Part shown: one piece after another, positions 40,003-52,414 of the stretch | How positions within the stretch are numbered: position 1 is the stretch's first letter | Layout of the letters: each line of letters starts with the position of its first letter | Source: Octopus sinensis | Taxonomy: Eukaryota | Assembly: GCF_006345805.1 (NCBI RefSeq) | Contig: NC_042997.1 | Coordinates: 2,356,001 to 2,420,000, forward strand | Length of the DNA stretch: 64,000 nucleotides | Direction: 5' to 3' | Program-made: the position numbers and the translations under genes | The notes under the pieces: model-generated | What the model saw: the letters and a program-made list of their open reading frames with translations, nothing else | Told to the model about the DNA's origin: nothing | Databases searched by the model: none

Positions 40003-40104
40003 AAATGTATGAAAATTCGAAGCAGGTGAATAGCTGTGAAAATCGGGGAAAGATACCTCCTATAGACAGAAAGAAGTGGACAGCAGCTGCTGGAGGGAAT
40101 CCAT
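40003..40104 (+). CDS. Candidate 102-nt exon, phase 1-1 (MYENSKQVNSCENRGKIPPIDRKKWTAAAGGNP)
   Basis: TTTTAACTTTTTAG acceptor, CAT|GTATGT donor, open frame. No homology recognised. Confidence 0.25.
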
Positions 40105-40189
40105 GTATGTACGGTATCTGATGTCAGGAGTCGTTCCCCAAAAGTAAATGCTTACATTATTTTTTCATACATGTATACACACACACACA

Positions 40190-40238
<49 letters not shown>

Positions 40239-40247
40239 CACACACAC

Positions 40248-40294
<47 letters not shown>

Positions 40295-40735
40295 TATATA
40301 TATATACACACTTACATTTCAGTGTATTCGTGACAATGCTATTCGAAGTGTTTCGGGGTGGTAAATGAGCATGTTATGATGAAAATCTGATCTGTGTTGT
40401 GACTTCGCTCCATAAATATATTTGCCATTTTCAAACAAAGCAGATCCAAAACATAATTCCTATAGAATTGTCTTTTAAACTGGGCTATTTTTGAATAAAA
40501 ATAGGTGCATCTAAAAATCATCATCGGAGTCGAATTGTACGTAGTTTAAAATAATTGTTCGTGTAATAATTGCGATGAACTGCAAAATAGATTTTCCCCA
40601 AAATTCATTCAAGCTAGCCGACGTTCTTGCCTTTCTACCTACCTACATCCCTCTCAACGTACATATACATAAGCAAAGACGCCTCTCATTTCACACATAC
40701 ACACGCAAAGGCATATATATATTTGTATATATATG

Positions 40736-40766
<31 letters not shown>

Positions 40767-40782
40767 ATATATGTATATATGT

Positions 40783-40818
<36 letters not shown>

Positions 40819-40830
40819 GTGTGTGTGTGT

Positions 40831-41127
40831 GGAGGCGCAATGGCCCAGTGGTTAGGGCAGCGGATTCGCAGTCGCAGGATCGCGGTTTCGATTCCCAGAC
40901 CCGGTGTTGTGTGTGTCTATTGAACGAAAACACCAAAAGCTCCGGCAGGGGGGGGGGCGATCCATGCAGTACTCTTTCGCCACAACGTTCTTTCACTCTT
41001 TCTTCTGTTGGTCTTCTCGCTTAGCCAGCGGGCTGGCGTCATTTGAAAGCTAAAATAATGCGAAGCGCATTGTGACCAGCGATGTGTAACAACATATGAT
41101 AGCCTGGTCGGTCACGTGATCACGTGA
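40831..41127 (+). mobile_element. tRNA-derived SINE (family C), full length
   Basis: A box TGGCCCAGTGG, B box GGTTTCGATTCC, tail with tandem CACGTGAT. Confidence 0.88.
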
Positions 41128-41206
41128 TATATATATATATATTATAATAAGATATATATATATATATATATATTCAAAATAAGCAGCAAGGATATCCAGC
41201 GGTAAT

Positions 41207-41291
41207 ACAATACAATCATTTCATGCGACTCCATTTATTTGAACAATGCAAACATTGCATCAATTTAAAATGTAGAGCAATCTTCAGCTGC
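41207..41291 (-). ncRNA. Hammerhead of the same family as 7933-8020, with G.U substitutions
   Basis: Minus strand GCAG-CTGAAGA-T-TGC..GCA-T-GAAAT-GATT-GTA^TTGT. Helix I still pairs through G.U wobbles. Confidence 0.6.
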
Positions 41292-42117
41292 ATAAAAATA
41301 TAGAATTTAGTTAAATTCGAAGGATTCATTTGTATAAATTTTTTAATGCAAAATCACACACAGGATAAGTAGATAGACAAAGAAAATGTTCTCTGTCTAT
41401 GTAGTTAGGTTTATACTTATTCATTTACATCCCCTTATTATATGCTTTACATTCCTCGTACACACGTAGGCGAATCTCTCTCTTAATCCTGTTTTATCAT
41501 TAACTTCTTCATTTATCCTCGATTGTTTTTTTTATCTATTCATATTTTATTTTGTATTATATTATATTATATTTTATTTAGTACCACAATGTGCCACTCT
41601 AATAACATATTGAGCTGATTCATAATTCACCGCTTAAATACACAAATATATTATCATTAGATCCGATTACATTTTCACATACGTCCCCTGTTTTAAAACT
41701 GTTCCGGCTTTGCTGTCTTGATATATATATTTCCCTACATCCCGGTTATAAACGTAATTCAAATTCATTTATTTTGTTTTCAGTTTATTTTTATATGTAA
41801 TTCCTCTTACGTAATATTTATTCTCTTAAAAAAGAAAGATATTTTATCCACTTATACTTGTCTAATAACACATTTACTTCCGCTTTCTTTATTAAGGTAC
41901 GCTGTATGTCTGAATTAATTTTTTTTTTATCCAGCAGTTTATTATTATTGTTTTTTTTTCCATACAGGACTGAAATAAAGTTTCTTAAGGTGTGTAAGGA
42001 TATATCGTTTATTCTGATATTTTAAGTTTCCATCTTATTCTAGACTTTCTATTTACTTATTTACATTAAATATTACATTAAATTTTATTTCATTATTATT
42101 ATAAACCAAAGCAGCAA

Positions 42118-42897
<780 letters not shown>

Positions 42898-42913
42898 TTG
42901 TTATTATTATTAT

Positions 42914-43709
42914 TTTTTTTTTTTCTTCTTCTTTCAAATTTGCTTACATTTCTTTCCGAGTGTCTTCCCGACTCCTAGGGCAAAGAAACTCATAGTATAC
43001 ATTGGTAGGCCATTAAACCAAACTCAATAGTTCGTTCATTTTATTATTATTATTTTTAAGTTAAATTAAAATACATGAGCAGCAACAGTTCTCACATCGA
43101 CAATGCTCTTCTCAATACGTGTGATGTACCAGTTAAGACAATCTTTTGCACTTCTTGCAGGGATGGTAAGCCAGGGATCATTCTCATATAATTTTCGGCT
43201 CCCTTCTTGATCATTCCTAGTGCTTCTACGATAACTGGTATTGTAACCGCCTTGAGATGCCACATTTTCTCAATTTCAATGAGTAGGTCTTTATATTTTC
43301 TGAGCTTGTCAAACTCTTTCGCTGAGATATTATGATCACAGGGGATGCTCATGTCGATCAATAAGCAAACTCTATTGTTTTGGTCTTTCACAACAATATC
43401 TGGTTTATTGGCCTTGATGGTTCGGTCTGTATGTACTGGAAAGTCCCACAGAATGGTTACATTTTCTCCTTCAGTTACAGCCTCAGGGTGGTGATTATAC
43501 CACTTGTCGGCAGTTTTGATATTGTAATGCCGACTTATTAGCCAGTGTAGATATTGGCCAACTCTGTCATGTCTTAATTTATACTCCACTGGTGCTAGGA
43601 CTTTACATCCAGAGATTAGGTGGTCCACTGTTTCAATCATGTCGTTGCAGAATCGGCATTTTGGGTCTGTCTCCATTTTTCATCACATTGGCCTGGTAGT
43701 TCCGGGTTA
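42914..43709 (-). mobile_element. 5'-truncated R4/Dong copy 2 (CCHC zinc knuckle, PD-(D/E)xK restriction-like endonuclease, 3' UTR)
   Basis: ORF 43092-43676: CRFC..HLISGC, RHD, KPDIVV..LIDMSIP..K..KY..VIVEALG. Confidence 0.95.
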
Positions 43710-43721
43710 TTGTTATTATTA

Positions 43722-45038
43722 TTTTTTTTTTTTCTTCTTCTTATTTCAAATTTGCTATCTATATTCTTTACTTCACTCATATTCCAGTTCAACACATTGT
43801 AGGTATAAGTAACAACTGGAACTGCTACGGAATTTATAGCTAACACCTTGTTACGTGCATTTAGTTCAGATTTTAGGACTGCACGAACTCTCCTATAACA
43901 TTCCATCCTGATCTTCTCTTTCATGCTTGCATGCTGAATACCAGAGCCTTCATTTATCCCTAAATATTTGTATGTTTGTTCTTGCTCAAGCTCTCTTATG
44001 ACTGTGTCAACATCTAACACGACTGAATTTGTGGTCTTCACTTTCCCTTTCTGGAAAGTGGCCTTGGCACACTTCTCAAGTCCAAACTCCATCCCGAAGT
44101 CATCGCTGAATGCTTTCACGGTGCGCAATAGGCCTTCAAGTTCCTTATTGTCTTTACCATAAAGTTTTAAGTCATCCATATAAAATATATGGCTTATTTT
44201 TTTTTTATTGGCAATTTTATACCCATACCCTGTTCTGTTTAATTCACTTGTAAGGGGTATTAGGGCTATGCAGAATATTAAAGGTGAAAGTGAGTCACCT
44301 TGAAAAATTCCACAGTTGATGTTTATATTTTCTGAGGCAAGTACTCCATTGGAATGGTATAATTGGAGATTCGTATTCCACAACGACATATTGTGCTTCA
44401 GGAAGTTTGAAATCACAGGGGAAATTTTGAAGATGTCCAGCGATCTCAAGATCCATGGATGCGGTATACTGTCGAAGGCCTTTTTATAGTCAATCCATGC
44501 GGTGCTGAGATTTCTGCGCTTGTTGTGACAGTTCTCAAGGATCATACGATTGATTAGCAGTTGATCTTTGCACCCGTAAGAGCCTCGGCGGCACCCTTTT
44601 TGTTCAATGGGGAAAATATCGTTCTTCTCCATGAATGCATATGTTTTCTCCGCCAGGATAGATGTTAGGATTTTATACGTGGTGGATAGACAGGTTATAG
44701 GCCGATACTTTTTTGGAAGGTTGGTTTCGTTATCCTTTGGGAGTAAGTAAGTAATGCCACTTGCTAACCATTCAGGTGTTTTCTTTGGGTCTCTCATAAT
44801 TCCATTGAGCAGCTGAAGTAGCTTACCGTGTGCGCATGGGAGCGATGCGAGCTAGAAATTCGGCACCCTATCTTTACCGGGGGATTTCCAATTATGGGCC
44901 TTCGTGAGTGCCTTTCTTAGGTCTGCTATTGTGATGTCTTCCCATGCTTGTTGTTGTAAATTTTGGTAGGATCCTTCAGTTTGTATAATCCAGTCTGCAT
45001 TTATGTTGTACGCCTTTTTGTCACTCCAAATCCTTTTC
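43722..45038 (-). mobile_element. R4/Dong reverse transcriptase region, fused directly to the element's extreme 3' end (RLE deleted)
   Basis: YRPITCLSTTYK, EQKGCRRGSYGCKDQLLIN, WIDYKKAFDSIPH, GIFQGDSLSP, FYMDDLKLY. At about 43750 the frame jumps into GCAAATTTGAAA(T)AAGAAGAAGA(A)n-(TAA)n, the same terminus seen on copies 1 and 2. Confidence 0.95.
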
Positions 45039-45045
45039 CAAAAGT

Positions 45046-45062
45046 TTTTATTATTATTATTA

Positions 45063-45119
<57 letters not shown>
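45046..45119. repeat. (TTA)n microsatellite
   Basis: Direct reading. Confidence 0.97.
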
Positions 45120-45121
<2 letters not shown>

Positions 45122-45445
45122 GTTTGACTTTTGCTTTATGTCTGTACAAGTTGGCTCCAAGTCTCACCCAGATACCTCAAGAGACAACAGGTTGGAAGTT
45201 CACGTTGTTGTTATGCCTAGTGAGCCATATATTTGGGGCTTTTTGGTGTTGTACTAGTGAATGTCTAAAACATTAAAAAAATGTTTGTTTTAAACCTTCG
45301 GATTATATAGAGAGTATTTTGCGTAGGATATGAGCAGTTCACATGAGCACTATCTTTTGAATTTCTGCCATTTTGCGGTTTCCGAGTATCTGAGTTAGGT
45401 AGCAATCAGTCCCTTTCGCTATCATTCCCAGGGCACCTATGACGA
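45120..45445 (-). mobile_element. Short 5'-truncated Dong-like copy of a second family (RLE C-terminus plus 3' UTR), flanked by (TAA)n on both sides
   Basis: VVIGALG..IAKGTDCYLTQI..MAEIQKIVLM..AHILRKILSI; 3' UTR shared with 46830-46972. Confidence 0.85.
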
Positions 45446-45447
45446 CA

Positions 45448-45572
<125 letters not shown>

Positions 45573-45975
45573 TCATATTTAGAAATTATTTATCGCTTTC
45601 TCATAGCTTCGGTTAATATATAATTGCCACGGTTTGTTTCTACTTAATTTCAATTTTATAATTTTGAAACTTTTTTATGTTGCAGTATTATATAGAAGTA
45701 TGATATGATATTATATGGCATTATTACTTTTATATATATATGTATATATATCTGCGTTTTTCTTGTTTCTGTCTTGTTTTCTTTTTTTCCTTCTAAAATA
45801 CCCTATTATATTATATTAATCTCTTCTCTTCTTACTTTAAGATTAAAATATACACTACCGTCTCCAACTCTGTTGGATTGATATCTTCTATAACCAGAAC
45901 TTTTTGTATATTTGCTATCAGTTAACGGTTTGCATCTGTTATCTCAACATATAATTCTAATCGGTATATCTTTAC

Positions 45976-46060
45976 TACCGCTGAAGAGATTCCTCTTATA
46001 ATGGTTTTAATTTTTTAAATGAATTATCTAAAGATTATTGAATCGAAACACCTGTCAGAT
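45976..46060 (+). ncRNA. Hammerhead-like motif, core intact but helix I unpaired
   Basis: CTGAAGA-GATTC..(about 47 nt)..GAATC-GAAAC-ACCT-GTC^AG. Confidence 0.5.
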
Positions 46061-46369
46061 ATATTGTCATATTTTATAATTAATAAATAATGTTTTATTA
46101 ATTACCTCTCCGTTTTCTCCTTATTCTTTAAATATATAAATATATAAAACATGGTTTATATAGTCACCTCATAGTTTAACTTGCTATGTATTGGTAGCTA
46201 ACCAGTATTTTCATTGGATTTTATTATCCCTTAATGATGTTTATAACCTTTATTTGAATCTTTGAATATTTGTCTTGGCACATATATAACTGGTGACAGG
46301 TTGAAGACCTGTAAGTTTATATAATTGTTAATAAGTGATATATTTCAATCTAGGAATAGTTTAATAACT

Positions 46370-46765
46370 GTCAAGGTCTTTGTATTTTGAGAGTTTCTCC
46401 ATTTCTTTTAGAGACACGTTGTCATCTGCCGGTATTGATACATCAATTAGAAAGCATTTATATTCTTCATGATCTCTGAGAACTCTATCTGGTCTGTTGG
46501 CCTTAATTTCTCTATCCGTGTGTATCGGCATATCCCAGAGTATGGTTGCTTTCTCGTTTTCTGCGACCTTTTATGGTGTGTGCCTATACCATCTTTTTTC
46601 TGTAGTTATTCCATAATGTTGGCATAGCTTCCAATGTATGTAGGTTCCAACTCTGTCATGTCTGTGAATATATTCCTTCTTAGCCATGACTGGGCAGCTA
46701 GAGATAATATGATTTATTGTTTCTTGTCCATCTCCACATATTCTGCAGTTACTTGTAATATTTCT
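46370..46765 (-). mobile_element. R4/Dong RLE fragment, distinct from the 42-45 kb family
   Basis: CRICGDGQETINHIISSC..RHDRV..ILWDMPIHTDREIKANRPD..LIDVSIPADDNVSLKEMEKLSKYKDL; preceded by (TAA)n at 46777-46826. Confidence 0.9.
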
Positions 46766-46775
46766 TTTCATTACA

Positions 46776-46828
<53 letters not shown>

Positions 46829-46829
46829 T

Positions 46830-46972
46830 ATGTTTGACTTTTGCTTTATGTCTGTACAAGTTGGCTCCAAGTCTCACCCAGAGACCTCAAGAGACAGCAG
46901 GTCGGAAGTTCACGTTGTTGTTATGACTAGTGTGCCATATATTTGTTTTTTTTTGTGTTGTACTAGTGAATG
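46830..46972 (-). mobile_element. Isolated 3' UTR of the second Dong-like family abutting (TAA)n
   Basis: Near-identical to 45120-45260 (TGTTTGACTTTTGCTTTATGTCTGTACAAGTTGGCTCCAAGTCTCACCCAG). Confidence 0.85.
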
Positions 46973-47181
46973 TTGTTATTATATATACTCATGAGGATAT
47001 ATCGGTTTCCTGTTCTTCAATTTGTAAACACGCACTTTTAGAAATACACATGAAAGATGCGTGTACTTATGTGTTTGTATATGTTTGTGTGCACATGTCA
47101 ATATCTGTTAGATTGTCTGTGAGTCCCAGCGTGCGAGAAGTTGTCTGTTATACTGTGTGCACTCGAACTAAATGTATGTAT

Positions 47182-47906
47182 GTGCTCTGTCATTTCGAAT
47201 GTCTATAAAGGTAGGCAATGCTTCTTCAGAGTAATTTCATCTATGTTTCTATTAATGTAGATAAATTTTTCATAAATGTTTCGTGGTATGATGTATTGTT
47301 TTTTTCTTTTGCTATTTGTTATATACATAAAAGGGAATTACTTCATTAGAATCATTTCACCACATGACCACAAAATAATTATGCCTCAAAAGCATATAAG
47401 TTTTGAAAGTAAACTTAAATAACGATTTAATTGTAATTTCTTTTTGTCGGTTTGTTACCAAAATTAAAAAGAATGGTTTAACATCTATGATATATTAAAT
47501 ACATATATTAGTGTTGTTGGTAAGTAATCGTTTCTTAGTATTTACTACATTTTTGTCAAGTAGGTGCGGGCAATTTGTGCTCTGTAATTTCGAATGTGTT
47601 TAAATGCAGTCAATGTTTCTCAAGAATAATTAAATGCTTGTTTCTATTAATGTAGACAACCTTTTCGTAAATTATTTGTAGCACGATATATCGTATTTCT
47701 ATTGTTATTTGTTGTATACATAAAAGGAAATTGCTTCATTAGAATCCTTATGGTCACAAATTACTTATACCTCAAAAGGAATTAAGCTTGAAAGTAAACA
47801 TAAATGACGAATTATTTGAGATTTCTTTACCGGTTTTTTACCAAAATTAAGATAAGCAGTTTAAATTTTATGATATATTAAGTACAAACATCGTCGTTGT
47901 TGTTGG
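47182..47906 (+). repeat. Old tandem duplication, period 395 bp
   Basis: Both copies start GTGCTCTGT.ATTTCGAATG (47182, 47577) and share TGTTTCTATTAATGTAGA, ATACATAAAAGG.AATT.CTTCATTAGAATC, TTGAAAGTAAAC.TAAAT, TTACCAAAATTAA, TATGATATATTAA. Confidence 0.85.
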
Positions 47907-48024
47907 CATGGTCCTCTTTACTCAGTATTTATTACATTTCAATCCGAAGGGTGTGGGTAATATGTGCTGCAGGTGGTAATGGGATTTCTGAATGGCGAAA
48001 GAACCTAATTCTTGCTTTAAACAG

Positions 48025-48101
<77 letters not shown>

Positions 48102-48539
48102 TATAGAATATCCTGTATTGGGTTCTATTTATAATATAAATAGGGTAGTGTGTCATAAATGTTTGAATTTTACACTATAAAATAAGAATATATAATGTGC
48201 TCAACGTCAGATTATACACACGTATTGCTACGTATTGTAAAAGTGGAGTGGTAGGAACGGATATAACAGTAGTTTTGTGTTCCTTGTTGTTTTCAATATG
48301 ACCCTCTTATTTTTATGATTTAAAATGAAAAATTGCCTTAACGATTAATTGCATCTTTATATACTTATGCACTGCTTGCATAATCATACGCACGCATTAA
48401 AACTACTGACATGCATATACAGACATACCTACCTATCTACATACACACACACACACTCAGAAATACATAGTTGTAATTTGCAGAAAAACAAAAACGAAGA
48501 CAGGTGTATAATCAAAAAAGCATGTATATTTATATATAT

Positions 48540-48579
48540 GTAGTTCATACATATATATATATATGTATATATATATATA

Positions 48580-48643
<64 letters not shown>

Positions 48644-48713
48644 ATATATATATAGGTATATATGTATACATACATACCTATATATATATATGTGTATATA
48701 TATATATATATAT

Positions 48714-48791
<78 letters not shown>

Positions 48792-48830
48792 TATATTTAG
48801 GTATGTATGTATACATATATATATATGTAG
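48540..48830. repeat. Long imperfect (TA)n microsatellite
   Basis: Direct reading. Confidence 0.97.
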
Positions 48831-49544
48831 ATGAAATAGAGATGTGAGTGTAGTCGCTTTTTACGTGAAAACAACTTCACCAATTACTTCCATACTTGTG
48901 ATCCATGAATAATTTGAACTCGGACATATAATAGAATCTTTATTTGATTTTCTTTTTTTTAAATAAGAAAAATATTGCTTATTATTTATGATTCACTTCT
49001 TTGAAAAGTTTTCTCTATGTCAACTTCTGCTATTGACGTAAAAAAACAGTGAAGTTTCTCATTCTCTGTTTTAACGTTCACTATTTGTAAACAACTACGA
49101 TAAATTGCTGAAAGAAATATTTACGAAGTTCACAAATTTAAATTTTCGGAACAAAATAGGTCTTAACATAATTCTATTTATATGATTTATTCATTGTTTG
49201 CAATGTTCTCTCTCTGTCTCTCTGTCTGTCGGACTGTCTGTCTCTCTCAGACACACATACACGGCCAATCCAGGTTTGATTTCCTTCTGAACTCGCACAC
49301 TTCGTTAATTTCCCTAAATATCTTTTTATTCATTTTCTTTTGCCACGCCGTGTCCAACTCTACTTATTTGTAGACCATCACACATGCACACGCGTATTGC
49401 TGTATGTGCGTTTGCATAGATCTATGTATGTGTGTGGGTGTCACTACGTGTGCGAGTGAAGGGATATGTTGTCATGCATACGTACATACATAAATACATG
49501 GGCATACATCTTTTTCTATGTATGTGTGTGAGTGTGTGAGTGGG

Positions 49545-50570
49545 TGTGTGAGGAGAGCAAGCCATGAGGTTTCAAAGACTGATCTTGAGCTTCATTATAG
49601 ATATTGCAAATTAAAGTCAGACTGAGAATTGTGCTTATTTGAACCCAAATGGTATGTCTGTTGGTTTGACTGGAATCCTTGGAGTGAAAGCCTCTTCCGC
49701 AGAGGCTCATCCGTTGATGATGATTGCTGATGTCACATTAGGTGCTAATATCTTCACAATCAACCTTGTCCCATTTCATAATTTAGGAGTATCTAAATTT
49801 CTGAGAAGCATTATTGAGATTCCTACCTCCAGAAAAGTTTATTTGGAGGAGTTCCAGGTGGCTCAAGAGAAGTAAAGAGCTATGTTGGGATTTTCATCAA
49901 GGTCGGAATCAGCTGGTTTGTACATCTTAATTACTGTTGGAATCTTATTAATTTATTCATGGTTAATCCTTGCTTCTTTCCCATTTTTTGGAGCAAGAAT
50001 TGTCCTGTCACACTAACATTTATGTAAATTATAATTATTACTTTACTCTGGAAATACCGTTCTTCAATTCAGCTGGGGAATTCACCATGATAGCAGTATG
50101 AGCCAAACTGATATCACTAGTTACATCGCATATTAAAACTGAAGGAGAATTTCAGTACTTTCTTCCATAGGTTTGACGCCTTAATGCAAGTTTTTATTTC
50201 ATCAGATCTTGTTCGTCTCAGAAAGACTGGTAATGCCAGTCTGAGGTCTTCTGATAAAACTAATGTAACACCTCCCATAGATTTATGGTTGCATCTGATA
50301 TCTTGTAATGGCTTATTAAGAGCTTCCATTGCACCTTTTTTTAACATGGTACATTCATCCCAAATTACAGGGTGGCATTGATGCAACACTTCTGCTGAAC
50401 CTGAATCTTTACTTGTGTTACAAATTGGACTGTCCTTTCTGACCAGGTTTGGTGGTAATTCAAAAGCAGAAAAAGCTGTTCGTCCTCCTGGGAGAATTGT
50501 GGCATCAAAGTGAGACAATGGTACAGAAATGGCAATTTTTTTCTTGTTGCCTTACCTAAGAGAGTAGAAA
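49545..50570 (-). mobile_element. Helitron Pif1-type helicase remnant (pseudogenised)
   Basis: ATILPGGRTAFSAFELP, VIWDECTM (motif II), MGGVTLVLSEDLRLALP (GDFRQ-equivalent), CDRTILAPKN, FTPRIPVKPTDIPFGFK.AQF.V.L.FAISI. Confidence 0.92.
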
Positions 50571-50980
50571 TATTACTTCCGGCCATACTGTCATCGTTTA
50601 GCTGTGAGTGTAAACAGACCTGCCAACGACCATATGGCAGGACGGATTGTAGCGGTAGTAACAGATCCAGTACAGACAGCGACTATATCGGTACCAACAC
50701 CAGCAGCAGCAGCGGCCCTAGCGGCCCTAGCGAGGTACTAGAATAAGCTCGACGGGTGCCACTTCTGGCTGCAGCAGCAGCGCCCCCATAACCAGAAAGG
50801 TGACGGTATTACCAATGCACCACCATCACCTTCGCCACAATCAACAGCCCCGGCTGCATCAACAGCTCCGTTGACGACGACAGCAGCAACAACAATGACA
50901 GCAACAACATCTGCAATGACATCGGCGACACGGTAGCATTAGTAACAATATAAACAGGTGCTTTACCGGCAACACACGTA

Positions 50981-51207
50981 TTTCTTTATTACTCACAAGA
51001 GGCTAAACATAGAGGGGACAAACAAGGACAGACATAGGTATTAAGTCGATTATATCGAGCCCAGTGCGTAACTGGTATTTAATTTATCAACCCCGAAATG
51101 ATGAAAGGCAAAGTCGACCTCGGTGGAATTTGAACTGAGAACGTAACGGCAGACGAAATACGGTTACGCATTTCGCCCGGCGTGCTAATGTTTCTGCCAG
51201 CTCGCCG
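50981..51207 (-). mobile_element. tRNA-derived SINE (family A), full length
   Basis: Reverse complement of the 56913-57141 copy with few differences. Confidence 0.93.
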
Positions 51208-51992
51208 ATGCAACCACCACCTCCGATGTCACCACCACCAACACGACCACCACCAGCAGACCCGGCGCCAACACCAGCAGCCCAGGTCCAACATCATCAT
51301 TAGCAGCATAATCAGCCTCAGCAACATCATCAGCATTAACAGCAGCAACAACATTATCGGTGACAGCAACGACGGCAACAGCTTCAAAAACAGCAGCATC
51401 AACAGCATCATCAGCAGCAGCATCAACAGCAGCAACGACAACAGCAGCTACAATTATATTGACAGCTGCGGCAACAACAGCACCAACAGTGGAAACAACA
51501 ACATCGCGCGTCCATGGAAATGTACTGTTTCTACCGGAAATTTCAAGAAATATTTCTCCAGCGATTCATCCTCCTTTAGAGTCCAGGAAAGGAGATATTC
51601 AACATCGCTGGCCAGCCGCGTTTGACAACAAAATGGCGACACTCGATCTCATGGAAAATCCTCGAAACCCAGGTCCCTACATTAACGCGACGAAACTCTG
51701 CAAGCTATGCTTAGCCGAACGCAAGACAAAATTAAGAGACTCACTTGTGACAGCGCTATACTTAACTCCAGAACGGAGATTTTCGGGCCATGTTTGCATT
51801 TTAGGAGATTTCTGCTGGCCTTTTTGGAACCACCGGAAGTTGATAGTTAATGGGAGAAGAAGATATTTCCCTATCGTTTGCCCTCAAAGCTGAACGCTCG
51901 CAGTATGGCCGGAAGTCGATAGCCATTGTCAAACGGCGATAATCCAGATTTTACCACTCCATATTTCAAAGAGGCTATAGGTCAACTGGTCT

Positions 51993-52054
51993 TGGAGTCT
52001 GACGATACGCCATAAAGTTAAACCCTTTCTGGACGAGAAACCCAGGGTAAACCC
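51993..52054 (+). ncRNA. Hammerhead-like motif with intact core in the PLE pLTR
   Basis: GGAGT-CTGACGA-T.CGCCA..TGG.CGA-GAA-ACC-CAG-GGTA^AACCC. Helix III ACC/GGT, GUA site, weak helix I. Confidence 0.55.
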
Positions 52055-52169
52055 ATAAACCGTCTGTCACCAGCAAAAAATATAGAATGCTCTTCTTCTT
52101 AGAGTGTGTTTCTTCTCAGGATTAATGTTTTTTCTAAAAACGGTATGCATATATATATATATATAGGAG

Positions 52170-52344
52170 TGAAACTCTTTTACTCTTTTACTTGCTTCAG
52201 TCATTTGACTGTGGCCATGGTGGAGCACCGCCTTTAGTCGAGCAAATCGGCACCAGGACTTATTCTTTGTAAGCCTAGTACTTATTCTATCGTTCTCCTT
52301 TGCCGAACCACTAACTTACAGGGACGTAAACACACCACTATCGG

Positions 52345-52414
<70 letters not shown>

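Larger units (their letters stand above)
50575..52130 (+). mobile_element. Penelope-like remnant (GIY-YIG C-terminus about 51500-51830 plus pLTR) with an inverted pLTR piece at its 5' end, expanded CAG/CAA/CAC tracts and a SINE insertion
   Basis: ..STGNFKKYFSSDSSSFRVQERRYSTSLASRV.., YINATKLCKLCLAER, LNSRTEIFGPCLHFRRFLL; 29-bp inverted repeat 50575-50603 / 51888-51916. Confidence 0.7.

Noticed and set aside
51182-51893. Thr/Ala/Ser-rich 147-aa and 177-aa ORFs resembling mucin or polyQ proteins
   Set aside because: They arise from CAG/CAA/CAC tracts fused to a SINE end and a frameshifted PLE GIY-YIG remnant.
50575-51916. DNA transposon defined by a 29-bp TIR
   Set aside because: No TSD; the right arm lies inside a longer PLE pLTR and the interior encodes GIY-YIG, so an inverted pLTR fragment explains it better.
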